Assembly (NCBI GenBank): GCA_035604215.1
Contig: DATNIW010000025.1
Span: forward strand, 14,824 to 78,823
Source of the DNA: Fibrobacteria bacterium
GTDB lineage: Bacteria > Fibrobacterota > Fibrobacteria > UBA5070
DNA length: 64,000 bases
Reading direction: 5' to 3'
Shown here one piece after another: positions 53,073 to 62,436 of this stretch (position 1 is the first letter of the stretch; every line of letters starts with the position of its first letter). The notes under the pieces were generated by a model, which was given only the letters and a program-made list of their open reading frames with translations, made no database searches and was not told the DNA's origin. Both the position numbers and the translations under genes were made by a program.

Positions 53073-53984
53073 TCAGATCTCCAGGATCACCAGAGGCTTC
53101 TCTCCCAGAGGCGGTTCCGTATCGTACATCAGGAGCGTGACTTCGCAGCGACGCCCCCTTTCGATGGAGATGGACAAGCGATCGGAGAAGCTCCGTGAGA
53201 TGAAGAACCCACGTCCGTGGTTGTCGAAGATCCCCAACGGGAGTCCGTTCTCGTCGTGGGAGATCTGGCGCTGCAACCAGTGCAGGACCGTGTGGCGCTG
53301 CAGTTTTCCACCGCGATCCGACACGGTGATGGCCATGCGGCCTCCACCTTCCGCGAATTCCACCTCGACGGCCTTTTCCTCCGGGAGGGAAAAGTCGTGG
53401 TTCCATGTTTCCTTGTGGTCTCCCGGCATGTCGAGACTTCCGTAGTAGATGGCGTTCGTCAGGACCTCGCTGAGAATGGTCTGGAGGTGGTTGCGTCGCC
53501 GCTGCGGTGCACGGAGCGTCAGGGCATCGCAAAGTTCCACCATTTCCGGATGGGTGCGGATCTTGAAGCTTTCGTGGAGGGCGGGCTTCGGAAGATGCCG
53601 GTGGATTCCGAAGATCTTTCGGGAAAGGATGGCCTCCACGGTGCACAGGACCTCGTGGATGGGGAATGGAACGGATTTGGTGAGGACGCAGGAGAGATTG
53701 TGTCCCACCAATTGGTCGATGTAGTCCTCCAATGTGTGCGCGGTCAGCAGCACCCGGTGGGTTTTCGGTCGGAGTTTTTCCAGGCGGGAGAGCAATTCGA
53801 TTCCGGAAAGCTTCGGCATCGAGATGTCGGAAAGGACCATGTCGAAATCTTCGCGCAGCGCCGAATCGAGCCCTTCCTGACCATCCACCGCGGTCGAGAC
53901 TTCGTGACCGCCCGAAAGGAAGATGCCCTTGAGGGTTTGCAGGATGGCAGGCTCGTCGTCGACCAGCAGGATACGCGACATCAC
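53073..53984 (-). CDS. Receiver (REC) domain fused to GHKL ATPase of the RsbW/SpoIIAB serine-kinase type (HATPase_c_2)
   Basis: 303 aa. REC: 'RILLVDDEPAIL...DMVLSDISMPKLSG...KTHRVLLTAH' (phospho-acceptor Asp in 'LSDISMP'). C-terminal: 'HLQTILSEVLTNAIYYG' N-box and downstream G-rich boxes as in anti-sigma-factor serine kinases. No HisKA or DNA-binding domain. Confidence 0.7.
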   Translation of the reverse strand: MMSRILLVDDEPAILQTLKGIFLSGGHEVSTAVDGQEGLDSALREDFDMVLSDISMPKLSGIELLSRLEKLRPKTHRVLLTAHTLEDYIDQLVGHNLSCVLTKSVPFPIHEVLCTVEAILSRKIFGIHRHLPKPALHESFKIRTHPEMVELCDALTLRAPQRRRNHLQTILSEVLTNAIYYGSLDMPGDHKETWNHDFSLPEEKAVEVEFAEGGGRMAITVSDRGGKLQRHTVLHWLQRQISHDENGLPLGIFDNHGRGFFISRSFSDRLSISIERGRRCEVTLLMYDTEPPLGEKPLVILEI

Positions 53985-54083
53985 GACATCTTATTCCTTC
54001 CCGGCGCGTTTGGCCATGGTGGGAATTGGCGGAAAACGCCTGCGCACCTCCCCCTGGCGTTCGCTTTTCCTGCCAAACAGGGG

Positions 54084-55082
54084 ATGGGTTGCGGAATCCG
54101 CTTGCTACCGGAGATATGGATCAGCTACAATGCAATCGTGACCGAATACGCGGAGCGGACGGAATTTTCCGTCCCTGATGGAGATGCCGGGCAGCGCATG
54201 GACCGATATTTGCGTCGAGTCCTCCCCGACGTGCCCCTGTCCAGGATCTTCCGTCTCCTGCGCAAGGGATCGGTCCGGGTCGACGGACGCAAGGCCACCG
54301 GCGAAATGCGGCTCGAGGCCGGGTGGAAGATCGACTTGGACATCAGGGCCCACGAACTCCATTCGGCTCCCCCACCCGCAGCGGGCCAAGGTGGATTGCG
54401 TTCCAAGGTGGGTGTCCTTTTCGAGGACGACGACCTTCTCGTGCTCGACAAACCGGCTGGCATGGCGGTCCACCCGGGAACCGGAACCCCTCCCGGAACC
54501 ACCTTGATCGAACGCGTGCAACAGGACCTGGGCATCTCCCCGAGCATCTTCCAACCGGCCCTCGCCCACCGCCTCGACAGGGGAACCTCCGGCGTCGTGG
54601 TCGTCGCGAAGAACAGACGCACGCTTCTGGCGGTGCAGAGCCAGATCCGGTCCCATGCGGCATCGAAGGAATACCTGGCTTTGGTGCTGGGGAACCCGGC
54701 TCATTCCAAGGGAACCATCCGAGAACGCCTGGAACGCGTGGACTCGCGCGACCACGGAGCGAAATCGGTGGTGGTCCGGGAGGAGGGGGTCGGCCAGGAG
54801 GCCGAGACCCGTTGGAACCTGCGCCGCAGGTTCCGGGGATACGCCCTCCTGGACGTGCGCATCCTTTCGGGACGCATGCACCAGATCCGTGCCCACATGG
54901 CCTCCATCGGCCATCCCGTGGTGGGCGACGACCGCTACGGCGACGCCACCCTTCCTGGATTGAAGCGTCCGTTCCTGCACGCGGCGCGCCTGGGACTGCA
55001 TCTGTGGGGGAAGGACGTGCATTTCGAATCGCCGCTCCCACCCGACCTTGAAGCCGTCTGCCAACGTCTGGAGGCTCCATGA
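54084..55082 (+). CDS. rluD: RluA-family 23S rRNA pseudouridine synthase (RluD-like, with S4 domain)
   Basis: About 332 aa from ATG 54084 (alternative GTG at 54138). S4 'GQRMDRYLRRVLPDVPLSRIFRLLRKGSVRVDG'. Catalytic 'ALAHRLDRGTSGVVVVAKN' (Asp) and 'HQIRAHMASIGHPVVGDDRYG'. Confidence 0.82.
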   Translation: MGCGIRLLPEIWISYNAIVTEYAERTEFSVPDGDAGQRMDRYLRRVLPDVPLSRIFRLLRKGSVRVDGRKATGEMRLEAGWKIDLDIRAHELHSAPPPAAGQGGLRSKVGVLFEDDDLLVLDKPAGMAVHPGTGTPPGTTLIERVQQDLGISPSIFQPALAHRLDRGTSGVVVVAKNRRTLLAVQSQIRSHAASKEYLALVLGNPAHSKGTIRERLERVDSRDHGAKSVVVREEGVGQEAETRWNLRRRFRGYALLDVRILSGRMHQIRAHMASIGHPVVGDDRYGDATLPGLKRPFLHAARLGLHLWGKDVHFESPLPPDLEAVCQRLEAP

Positions 55083-57883
55083 CCGCGGGCGTGGAATCCT
55101 CGGAGGGGCGGCTGAAGCCCTCGCCCAACCGGCTGCTGGACCTGGCACCCGGCCAGAGGCTGGGTCGCTACGAGATCATCGGGGAGATCGGACGCGGCGG
55201 AATGGCGACCGTGTTCCGGGCGCGGGACGTGGAACTCCAGCGCGAGGTGGCGCTCAAGGTCCTTCCCAACGCCGTGACCCGCGACGAGCGGTTCGTGTCC
55301 CGGTTCCTGCACGAGGCCCGCACGGTGGCGCGCCTCTCGCACCCCCACATCGTCCAGGTCCACGACATCGGCCAGGACCGCGGAGCCTGGTACATCTCGA
55401 TGGAGATGATCGAGGGTCAGAATCTGTCCGAATACCAGAAGGACGAGACCCCCGCCCTGGAGCAGTCCGTGCGGATCGCGGCCGAAGTCGCCGAGGCCAT
55501 CGCCTACACCCACGAGCACGGCGTGATGCACCGCGACCTGAAGCCTTCCAACGTGCTGATGCGCTCGGACAATCCCGTCGTGATCGACTTCGGGTTGTCC
55601 AAGGATCTTTCCCTGCAGGGAGGCGCCGCGCTCACCAACGAGGGGGAGATGATCGGATCCCCCGCCTACATGAGCCCGGAGCAGGCCCGGGGCGGAGAGA
55701 TCGATCGTTCGACGGACATCTGTTCCCTGGGGATCCTCCTCTACGAACTGATCTCGTTCAAGAATCCCTACCTGGATCCGCGATCCTTCCACCAGACGGT
55801 GGTCAACGTGATCGCCGCGGACCCCGTGCCCCTGCGCCAGCTGTGTCCCTGGGTGGACCAGGACTTGGCGGCCGTGGTGCACAAGGCGATGGCCAGGGAC
55901 CGAGCCGACCGCTACGCGACCATGGCGGCGTTCGCTTCGGACCTGCGTTCCTGGCTTTCCGGGCGGCCGGTTTCCGTCCGCCGCCCCGGACTGGATCGGC
56001 GCCTGCGGACATGGGCTTCGGAGAACTCGAAGCTGATCTGGACCTTTTCGGCCTGCTTCCTCCTGCTGGCGGCCGGAATCGTGTGGTGGCGGATCCAGGA
56101 GCGGTTGTCCCGCTCGGCATGGACCGTGGCCGTGGAGGAAACCTTCGATTCTCCGGTTCCAAACCTGGATTTCGAATCCTTCCGCATGTCCGGCCCGGGC
56201 GACACCGCGCCCACGCCTTCCGACGACTGGAAGGTCGTGGACGGCAAGCTGGTGGGGAACGCGGCGAATGGGTACACCATGTGCCGAACCAAGCAGGAAT
56301 TCCCCGGCGACATCCGCGTGGAGTTCGAGGCGACGGGTCTTTCCGGCAACAGCCACGATCTCGATGTCTTCCTGTGCGGCGGAACTCCACAGGAAGGAGC
56401 CCGATTCTACCTGGGTCGCAACGGAACGTCCAGGGCGGGGATCGAAGCCGGCTCCGAGACGCGTTGGTTCACGCGCATCTTCCCGCTGTCTCCCGGCAAG
56501 ACCTATCACGTCGCAGTGGAGAGGGACAGGAACACGCTGCGCCTGGAAGTGGACGGCGCCCTGGTGGAAGAGCACCCCCTGATCCAACCGCTTCTGCCCA
56601 AGGGTGGCTGCCACCTGGGCTTCTTCACCTGGAACGGCAGCATGGCGGTGGACAACATCGTCGTGCGCCGGCGGGCCGTGCCCCTGCGTCCGGAACCCAC
56701 CGTGGTCGCCGACGCGATGCTCGACATCGGGGAACTGGACCGCGCGGTCGACGCCTACAAGCTCGTCGCCCAGGCCTACCCATCCCACCCCTCGGCGCAG
56801 GAAGCGCGGCTTCGGCTGGGGACGGTGCTCTTGTCGCGCCAACAATATTCCCAGGCGCGCGACCTGATCCAAGAGGTATCGAAGCAACCGGCGAACAGCG
56901 ACATCCAGGCCCGATCCCTGGTGCTTCTGAGCCTGGTGGACCAGACCGTCGGCGACGGAATGGAGTCGCTGAAGGATCTCCAGACCCTGGCCGACGACGA
57001 GCCGGACCACCCCGCCCTGTTGGCCGGAATCCAGCTCCAGTTGGACCGCATGGAGCCGTGCCTGGACCTCTCCCAACCCATGTTCTACGGCTGCGCCAGC
57101 GACGGGGAGACCGTCCTGCGTTCCCTGGCGCGCACCGTCCCGTCCCACCAGGATCTCTTCGGACCGCAACATCTGCGCTTCGCCGAGGCCCTCCGTCTGT
57201 GGGCGGGCATCGCCGCCGACTCCGGCTTTCTCCGCACCGCGCTGCAGTTCTCGCGGTACTACGCCCGGGACGCGCCGGAGGTGGCCGCCGGACTCGACAT
57301 CATCAAGGCCCGTCACGAGCGGGACAACGGCCTCGTCGATTCCGCTGTCGGGACGCTGACTCGGGTGGCCGACGGGGAGTCCGTCCCCGCCGCGGTCCGC
57401 GCCAGGAACCAGGCGGCCATCGAACTCGGGCGGACCCTCGCCTGGGAAGGTCGTCCCGCCGACGCGGAGCGCTGGTTCCAAAAGGTGACGGAAAACGACA
57501 AGGCCGACCCCGACCTGGTCGCCCAGGCCGAGTACGAATGGGGAGTGGCGACGGTTCTTTCCCATCGCGACCCCAAGCCGAGGTGGGACGCCGTCCTCGA
57601 CGGGAGCGGCGCGTCCTGGATCCTCCGCCAGTCCGTGGCCTTCATGGCCGGCAAGATCGACTCCACCGCGTTGAAGGCCTCGTTCCGAGGGCAGGCCGTG
57701 GCCTCGGCGGACATCCCCCTGCTCCAGGCGCTGTTCGCCCTGGAACACAACGATCTGACGACCTGGCACGCGATGGTGGACGAATACGTGCGCCGATATC
57801 CCTGGTACAACGGCCTCTGGGACCTGCGGCGCGTCTCCCAGTGGGCGGATACGCGCACTCCGCGGGCGCCCGCTCGTCGGTAG
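55079..57883 (+). CDS. Hanks-type Ser/Thr protein kinase with TM segment, extracytoplasmic concanavalin-A-like/LamG-type beta-sandwich and TPR-like helical C-terminal region
   Basis: 934 aa. ATG overlaps the rluD stop (ATGA). Kinase subdomains 'GRGGMATVFRA', 'VALKVL', 'HRDLKPSNVL', 'DFGLSK', 'GSPAYMSPEQ'. TM 'LIWTFSACFLLLAAGIVWW'. Then 'WKVVDGKLVGNAANGYTMC...DIRVEFEATG...LGFFTWNGSMAVDNIVV' beta-sandwich, and TPR-like repeats to the C-terminus. Confidence 0.85.
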   Translation: MTAGVESSEGRLKPSPNRLLDLAPGQRLGRYEIIGEIGRGGMATVFRARDVELQREVALKVLPNAVTRDERFVSRFLHEARTVARLSHPHIVQVHDIGQDRGAWYISMEMIEGQNLSEYQKDETPALEQSVRIAAEVAEAIAYTHEHGVMHRDLKPSNVLMRSDNPVVIDFGLSKDLSLQGGAALTNEGEMIGSPAYMSPEQARGGEIDRSTDICSLGILLYELISFKNPYLDPRSFHQTVVNVIAADPVPLRQLCPWVDQDLAAVVHKAMARDRADRYATMAAFASDLRSWLSGRPVSVRRPGLDRRLRTWASENSKLIWTFSACFLLLAAGIVWWRIQERLSRSAWTVAVEETFDSPVPNLDFESFRMSGPGDTAPTPSDDWKVVDGKLVGNAANGYTMCRTKQEFPGDIRVEFEATGLSGNSHDLDVFLCGGTPQEGARFYLGRNGTSRAGIEAGSETRWFTRIFPLSPGKTYHVAVERDRNTLRLEVDGALVEEHPLIQPLLPKGGCHLGFFTWNGSMAVDNIVVRRRAVPLRPEPTVVADAMLDIGELDRAVDAYKLVAQAYPSHPSAQEARLRLGTVLLSRQQYSQARDLIQEVSKQPANSDIQARSLVLLSLVDQTVGDGMESLKDLQTLADDEPDHPALLAGIQLQLDRMEPCLDLSQPMFYGCASDGETVLRSLARTVPSHQDLFGPQHLRFAEALRLWAGIAADSGFLRTALQFSRYYARDAPEVAAGLDIIKARHERDNGLVDSAVGTLTRVADGESVPAAVRARNQAAIELGRTLAWEGRPADAERWFQKVTENDKADPDLVAQAEYEWGVATVLSHRDPKPRWDAVLDGSGASWILRQSVAFMAGKIDSTALKASFRGQAVASADIPLLQALFALEHNDLTTWHAMVDEYVRRYPWYNGLWDLRRVSQWADTRTPRAPARR

Positions 57884-57937
57884 GATCCAGGTCGTCGCCT
57901 TGTCGGATGCCCGCGGGCGGAGGTATCTCTCCGGTCC

Positions 57938-59191
57938 GTGATCCGCTTCCTCCACACCTCCGACTGGCACCTGGGACTGGAACTGGGTGGGCACGACCGG
58001 CTGCCCGAACAGGAACGGTTCCTGGCTTGGCTTTTGGACACCTGCGCCGCCCGGAAGGTGGACGCCCTCCTGGTGGCGGGGGACGTGTACGACGTGGCGA
58101 ACCCGTCGGTGGATGCACAGGAGGCGTTCGCGAAGTTCCTGGTGGCGTTCCGCACTCGCCTGCCGCAGGCGGACGTCGTGGTGGTGGCGGGAAACCACGA
58201 TTCGGCCGGACGTCTCGAGCTGCCACGACCCTTCTGCGAATCGCTTGGTGGCATCCACCTCGTGGGAGGAACCACACCCCTCCCCGAAGGCGAAGGTCGA
58301 CACGTCCTGGAACTGCGCGACGCGCGCGGGGAACCCGCCGCCACTTGCCTGGCCGTGCCCTTTCTCCGCACCACCGACCTCGACTGCCGCCTGGGGGAAG
58401 GCGAAACCCCCGATCAGGCCTATGCGAGGTCCGTGGAGGCCTTCTACGCTTCGTTGCGCGAGGTCGCGGACCGCCTCCATCCCGATCTCCCCGTGGTGGC
58501 GATGGGACATCTGGCCCTGGCCGGGTCGGTGCGCGCGGGATCGGAAAGGATCCTGATCGGCGGCCTCGAATCCGTGCCTGGATCCTCGCTCTCGCGCCAT
58601 GCCGACTACGTGGCGCTGGGTCACATCCACCGCGGCCAGAAGGCCGGGGCCGAGCATGCCTTGTACTCGGGAAGTCCGCTTTCCATGGATTTCGACGAGC
58701 GCAGGTACTCCCACCGGGTCCTGGTCGTGGAGCTGGACGGTCGCGGGAGGCCACCGAGGATCGAGACGGTGCCGGTTCCCGAGTTCGTGCCGCTGCTCCG
58801 GCTTCCGGAAGTGGCCGGGTCCTGGGAGGACCTGGAACGATCCGTCGAATCCTTCGATTGGAGTCCATGGAAGGATCTACACGAAGCGGAACGCCCGCTG
58901 TTGGAATTGCAATTCCTGTCCTCGGGAATGGAGGCCGACCTCCGGGCCCGTACCCGGGGGCTTTGCGCCGACCGGCCGTTCCGCCTGGTGGGTTCGCCGC
59001 GGGTGCTGTCCGGTGGTGTCGCCGACTCCGCCGCGGTGTCCGCCCAGGCGCGCGACCTCGCTTCCGAACAGGCGCCCTTCGAGATCTTCGAGCGCCACTG
59101 GCGGCGGCGGAACGGAAGTCCTCCACCGGAGGAAATCCTGTCCTGCTTCCGCGAGATCGTGGACCAGGTCCGCACGCGGGGGGAAGGGTGA
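57938..59191 (+). CDS. sbcD: Exonuclease SbcCD, nuclease subunit D (Mre11-like)
   Basis: 417 aa, GTG start with GGAGG RBS. Metallophosphoesterase motifs 'FLHTSDWHLG', 'LLVAGDVYD', 'VVVAGNHD', 'MGHLAL', 'ALGHIHRGQ'. Confidence 0.88.
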   Translation: MIRFLHTSDWHLGLELGGHDRLPEQERFLAWLLDTCAARKVDALLVAGDVYDVANPSVDAQEAFAKFLVAFRTRLPQADVVVVAGNHDSAGRLELPRPFCESLGGIHLVGGTTPLPEGEGRHVLELRDARGEPAATCLAVPFLRTTDLDCRLGEGETPDQAYARSVEAFYASLREVADRLHPDLPVVAMGHLALAGSVRAGSERILIGGLESVPGSSLSRHADYVALGHIHRGQKAGAEHALYSGSPLSMDFDERRYSHRVLVVELDGRGRPPRIETVPVPEFVPLLRLPEVAGSWEDLERSVESFDWSPWKDLHEAERPLLELQFLSSGMEADLRARTRGLCADRPFRLVGSPRVLSGGVADSAAVSAQARDLASEQAPFEIFERHWRRRNGSPPPEEILSCFREIVDQVRTRGEG

Positions 59192-62100
59192 GGATCCTCG
59201 CGATCCGCGGCGAAAACATCGCCTCGCTCGATCGCTTCGAGATCGACTTCCGCGTGGAGCCCCTCGCCTCCGCCGGGATCTACGCCATCACCGGTCCCAC
59301 CGGCTCCGGCAAGTCGAGCATCCTGGACGCGATGTGCCTGGCGCTCTACCAAGACGTGCCTCGGATGGACGGGAACTACCAGAGGGAAGCCAAGATCGCG
59401 AGCGTCTTCGGGGAGATCGGGCAGGTCGACATCCGCAACCTGATCCGCCGAGGGACCTCGACCGGATTCGCCGAGACGGATTTCGTCGGGATCGACGGGG
59501 AAGCCTACCGGGCGCACTGGGGTTGGCATGCCGCGAAGAGGAAGGGAGCCGCGTCCCAGGAGAGGATCACCCTGACCCGCCTGCCCGGCGGGGAGATCCT
59601 CGCGGACGCCAAGCAGGTCGCCCAGGAGAAGATCCGATCCTTGTTGGGCCTGACCTTCGACCAGTTCATCCGTACCGTGCTTTTGGCTCAGGGGCGCTTC
59701 GCGGAATTCCTGCGCGCCGACGTCGAATCCAGAGCCGATCTCCTCGAGAAGCTCACGGGCACGGACATCTACTCCAGGATCTCCCTGGCCGTCCACGAAC
59801 GCAAGGTCACCGAGGAATCGAAGCGGCACGAACTTGAAATTCGGCTCCGGGAGATCGCGTCGCTTTCCCCGGAGCAGCGGGAAGCGAAACTCGATCGATC
59901 CCGGGAATTGGCCGAGGTCCTCCCCGCGCTCGCATCCGGCTTCGACGCCACCAGGGATCTTCTCGCCGCGGTCCGCTCGTGGAAGATCGCCCGACGGGAA
60001 TCGGTCGCGCTCGCCGACCAGACAGGATCGGTCCGTTCCGCCGTCGAGTCGGCGAAGAAGAGCCGTGACGGGGCGAAGGAGAGTCTCGAGGCGTTCGCCA
60101 TCCACAGGAAAGAGACGGAGAGCGAGATTCAAAGGGCCGTGGCGCTCGACGCCCGCTTGGAAGCCCAGCTGTTCTCCGAACAGGACTGCACCCAACGCGA
60201 ATCCGCATCCACGCGAAAGTTGCTCGCTCTGGAGTCCGACGAGAACGACCTTCGGAAATTGATCATCGGCGCCGAAGGCACCCTGGCGGAGATTGTCGCG
60301 TTCCTGGAGTCCAAGTCCCGTCTAGCCCCGGTTGCCCAGAACTGGGGACACTGTCGTTCTCTCCTGAACCTGTGCACGAAGGCTCGCGAGGAACAGCGGA
60401 CCCAGGAGCATTCCCGAGGCATCCTGCAGGAGCGGATCCACGAGTGGGAACCGCAGGAATTGGAACTGTCGGCGAATATCCTTCTCGAGGAGAGGTTGCT
60501 GGATGGAATCGATCGGGATGCACTTCCCCGTCGACGCAAGGAATCGCTTGAACGCCTGGAAGATCTTTCCCAAGCCCTTCGACACGCCGAACTGGACGCC
60601 GAGGAATCGTCCTTGGAAACACGGAGTCGATGGAATGCGGATGGATTTGAGCGCGCACGCGCCAAGGAATTTCTGGCCCTGGAGAAATGGAACCAGACGC
60701 GAAATCTCGCCGATTCCCTGCGAATCTCCGTGTCCGAAAGCGTCCAGCGGATGCGTGAAACCTTGGTGGAAGGGCAGGAATGCCCGGTATGTGGATCCCG
60801 GCACCATCCCCACGGTGCCGACAGCACCAGCGCCCTGCTGGATCTGCTGGCACGCCATGAACGGGAACTTTCAGCGGCCGAAGATCAACTTGGCCTTGTG
60901 CGCAAGGAGGTTGCGGGCTTCGAGGCCACGCTGGAGCAATGCCGGCTGGAGCAAGAACGGATTGGACGCGGGCGGAAGGAATCTGGCTGTGTCTCCGACG
61001 CGCTGCGATCCGAGATCCAGGATCTTGGAGACCAGGCGTCCTTGGATTGGCTGCACCAACAGGTAGTCTCCATCGAGGAAGCCATCTCCGGCATCGAACT
61101 TGCACGGGAGACAATGGCCCGCGTATCCGGTCAGAAGCACAAATTGTCGGAAATTTCCCGGTCGTTCGACGCGGATCGGACGGCGTTGGAACGGTCTTGC
61201 GAGGCCACGGAAAAAGCGGAGCGCGATTTCCAGGAACACGCCAGGACACTGGACGGAATATTCGGGCCCGATTCACCCTGGCGCGTGAATTGGGAGTCCA
61301 ATCAACGAGAGTTCGTTGAACGACTGGAACGTCAGATCCCGGAATACCTCGGGAAAGCCACGGCCAAGGATGCCTGCGAGGCGGAACTCAAACAGGATCG
61401 CTTGCGCATGGAAGGGATCAAACCCCAATTGGAAGACGCCCGAAGCGAATCCCGTGAAGCAGCGCGCCGCCTGCGCGATGTCGTGGGGACTGTCCTGACG
61501 CTGCGCGAAGAACGTCTGCAACTGCTTGGGGGACGGTCCGTTACCGAAACACAAGAGGAAATCGCTGGGCAGGAAACCTTCCTGACCCGGGAACTCGAAC
61601 TGCGCCAGGACGAATTGGATTCGCGCCTGCTGGAAAACGAACGCCACGAGACCCTGCGGGAACGCAGGAGTCGCGATGCCGCCGTGCTCGAGGAACGGAT
61701 CCTGCGCGAAGCTCCGTCCCGGACCGAGACTTGGCCGACGTTTCCGCCTGGAAGCGAACCCGACCCGGATTCCATCGAAGCCATGTTGCTGGAAGCCCTC
61801 GAAGGCGCCGAACGCGCGCTCTCCGGGGCACGGGACGAAAGAGCCTCCTTGGAAGCCGAACTCAAGCTCGATCGCGATGCGGTCGAGACGTCCGAACTCG
61901 TGCAGCAGCGGATCGAGCGGCAATCCTCGATCGTGGCGCGATGGGCCGCCCTTTCCGCATCGATCGGATCCGCAAGCGGAAAGCTGTTCAAGGTGGTCGC
62001 CCAGCGGTACACGCTGGAAGTCCTTCTGGAGGAGGCCAACCGGGAACTTTCGCTGATCGCGCCCCGCTACAGCCTTCGGATCATCGAGGACACCATGCAT

Positions 62101-62436
62101 TTCGGGGTGGTGGACCGCGACGCTTTCGGCGAGATCCGGCCCGTCCACACCTTGTCGGGTGGCGAATCCTTCATGGTCTCGTTGGCCCTGGCCCTGGGTC
62201 TCTCCCACCTCGCGGGAGGGAACCTCCGCATCGAATCCCTGTTCATCGACGAGGGGTTCGGCAGCCTGGACCCCTCCACGCTGCGCACGGTGATGGGCGC
62301 CCTGTCCAACCTGCACGCGCAGGGACGCAAGGTGGGGGTGATCACGCACGTGGAGGAGATGAAGGAGCAGATCGACGTCCGGATCGAAGTCGTTCGCGTC
62401 GGACCAGGTCTCAGCCAGGTCAGGGTGGTCGGATGA
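59188..62436 (+). CDS. sbcC: Exonuclease SbcCD, ATPase subunit C (Rad50-like)
   Basis: 1082 aa from GTG 59188 (GTGA overlap with the sbcD stop). Walker A 'ITGPTGSGKSSILDA', long coiled-coil with central zinc hook 'CPVCGS', C-terminal signature 'LSGGESFMVSLALALG' and Walker B/D-loop 'LFIDEGFGSLD'. Confidence 0.88.
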   Translation: MRILAIRGENIASLDRFEIDFRVEPLASAGIYAITGPTGSGKSSILDAMCLALYQDVPRMDGNYQREAKIASVFGEIGQVDIRNLIRRGTSTGFAETDFVGIDGEAYRAHWGWHAAKRKGAASQERITLTRLPGGEILADAKQVAQEKIRSLLGLTFDQFIRTVLLAQGRFAEFLRADVESRADLLEKLTGTDIYSRISLAVHERKVTEESKRHELEIRLREIASLSPEQREAKLDRSRELAEVLPALASGFDATRDLLAAVRSWKIARRESVALADQTGSVRSAVESAKKSRDGAKESLEAFAIHRKETESEIQRAVALDARLEAQLFSEQDCTQRESASTRKLLALESDENDLRKLIIGAEGTLAEIVAFLESKSRLAPVAQNWGHCRSLLNLCTKAREEQRTQEHSRGILQERIHEWEPQELELSANILLEERLLDGIDRDALPRRRKESLERLEDLSQALRHAELDAEESSLETRSRWNADGFERARAKEFLALEKWNQTRNLADSLRISVSESVQRMRETLVEGQECPVCGSRHHPHGADSTSALLDLLARHERELSAAEDQLGLVRKEVAGFEATLEQCRLEQERIGRGRKESGCVSDALRSEIQDLGDQASLDWLHQQVVSIEEAISGIELARETMARVSGQKHKLSEISRSFDADRTALERSCEATEKAERDFQEHARTLDGIFGPDSPWRVNWESNQREFVERLERQIPEYLGKATAKDACEAELKQDRLRMEGIKPQLEDARSESREAARRLRDVVGTVLTLREERLQLLGGRSVTETQEEIAGQETFLTRELELRQDELDSRLLENERHETLRERRSRDAAVLEERILREAPSRTETWPTFPPGSEPDPDSIEAMLLEALEGAERALSGARDERASLEAELKLDRDAVETSELVQQRIERQSSIVARWAALSASIGSASGKLFKVVAQRYTLEVLLEEANRELSLIAPRYSLRIIEDTMHFGVVDRDAFGEIRPVHTLSGGESFMVSLALALGLSHLAGGNLRIESLFIDEGFGSLDPSTLRTVMGALSNLHAQGRKVGVITHVEEMKEQIDVRIEVVRVGPGLSQVRVVG

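Noticed and set aside
55048-59187. 2462-aa ORF 55048-62436 read as a single giant gene
   Set aside because: The upstream approximately 1380 codons are an alternative frame across the Ser/Thr kinase and sbcD. Only the part from GTG 59188 carries SbcC/Rad50 motifs.
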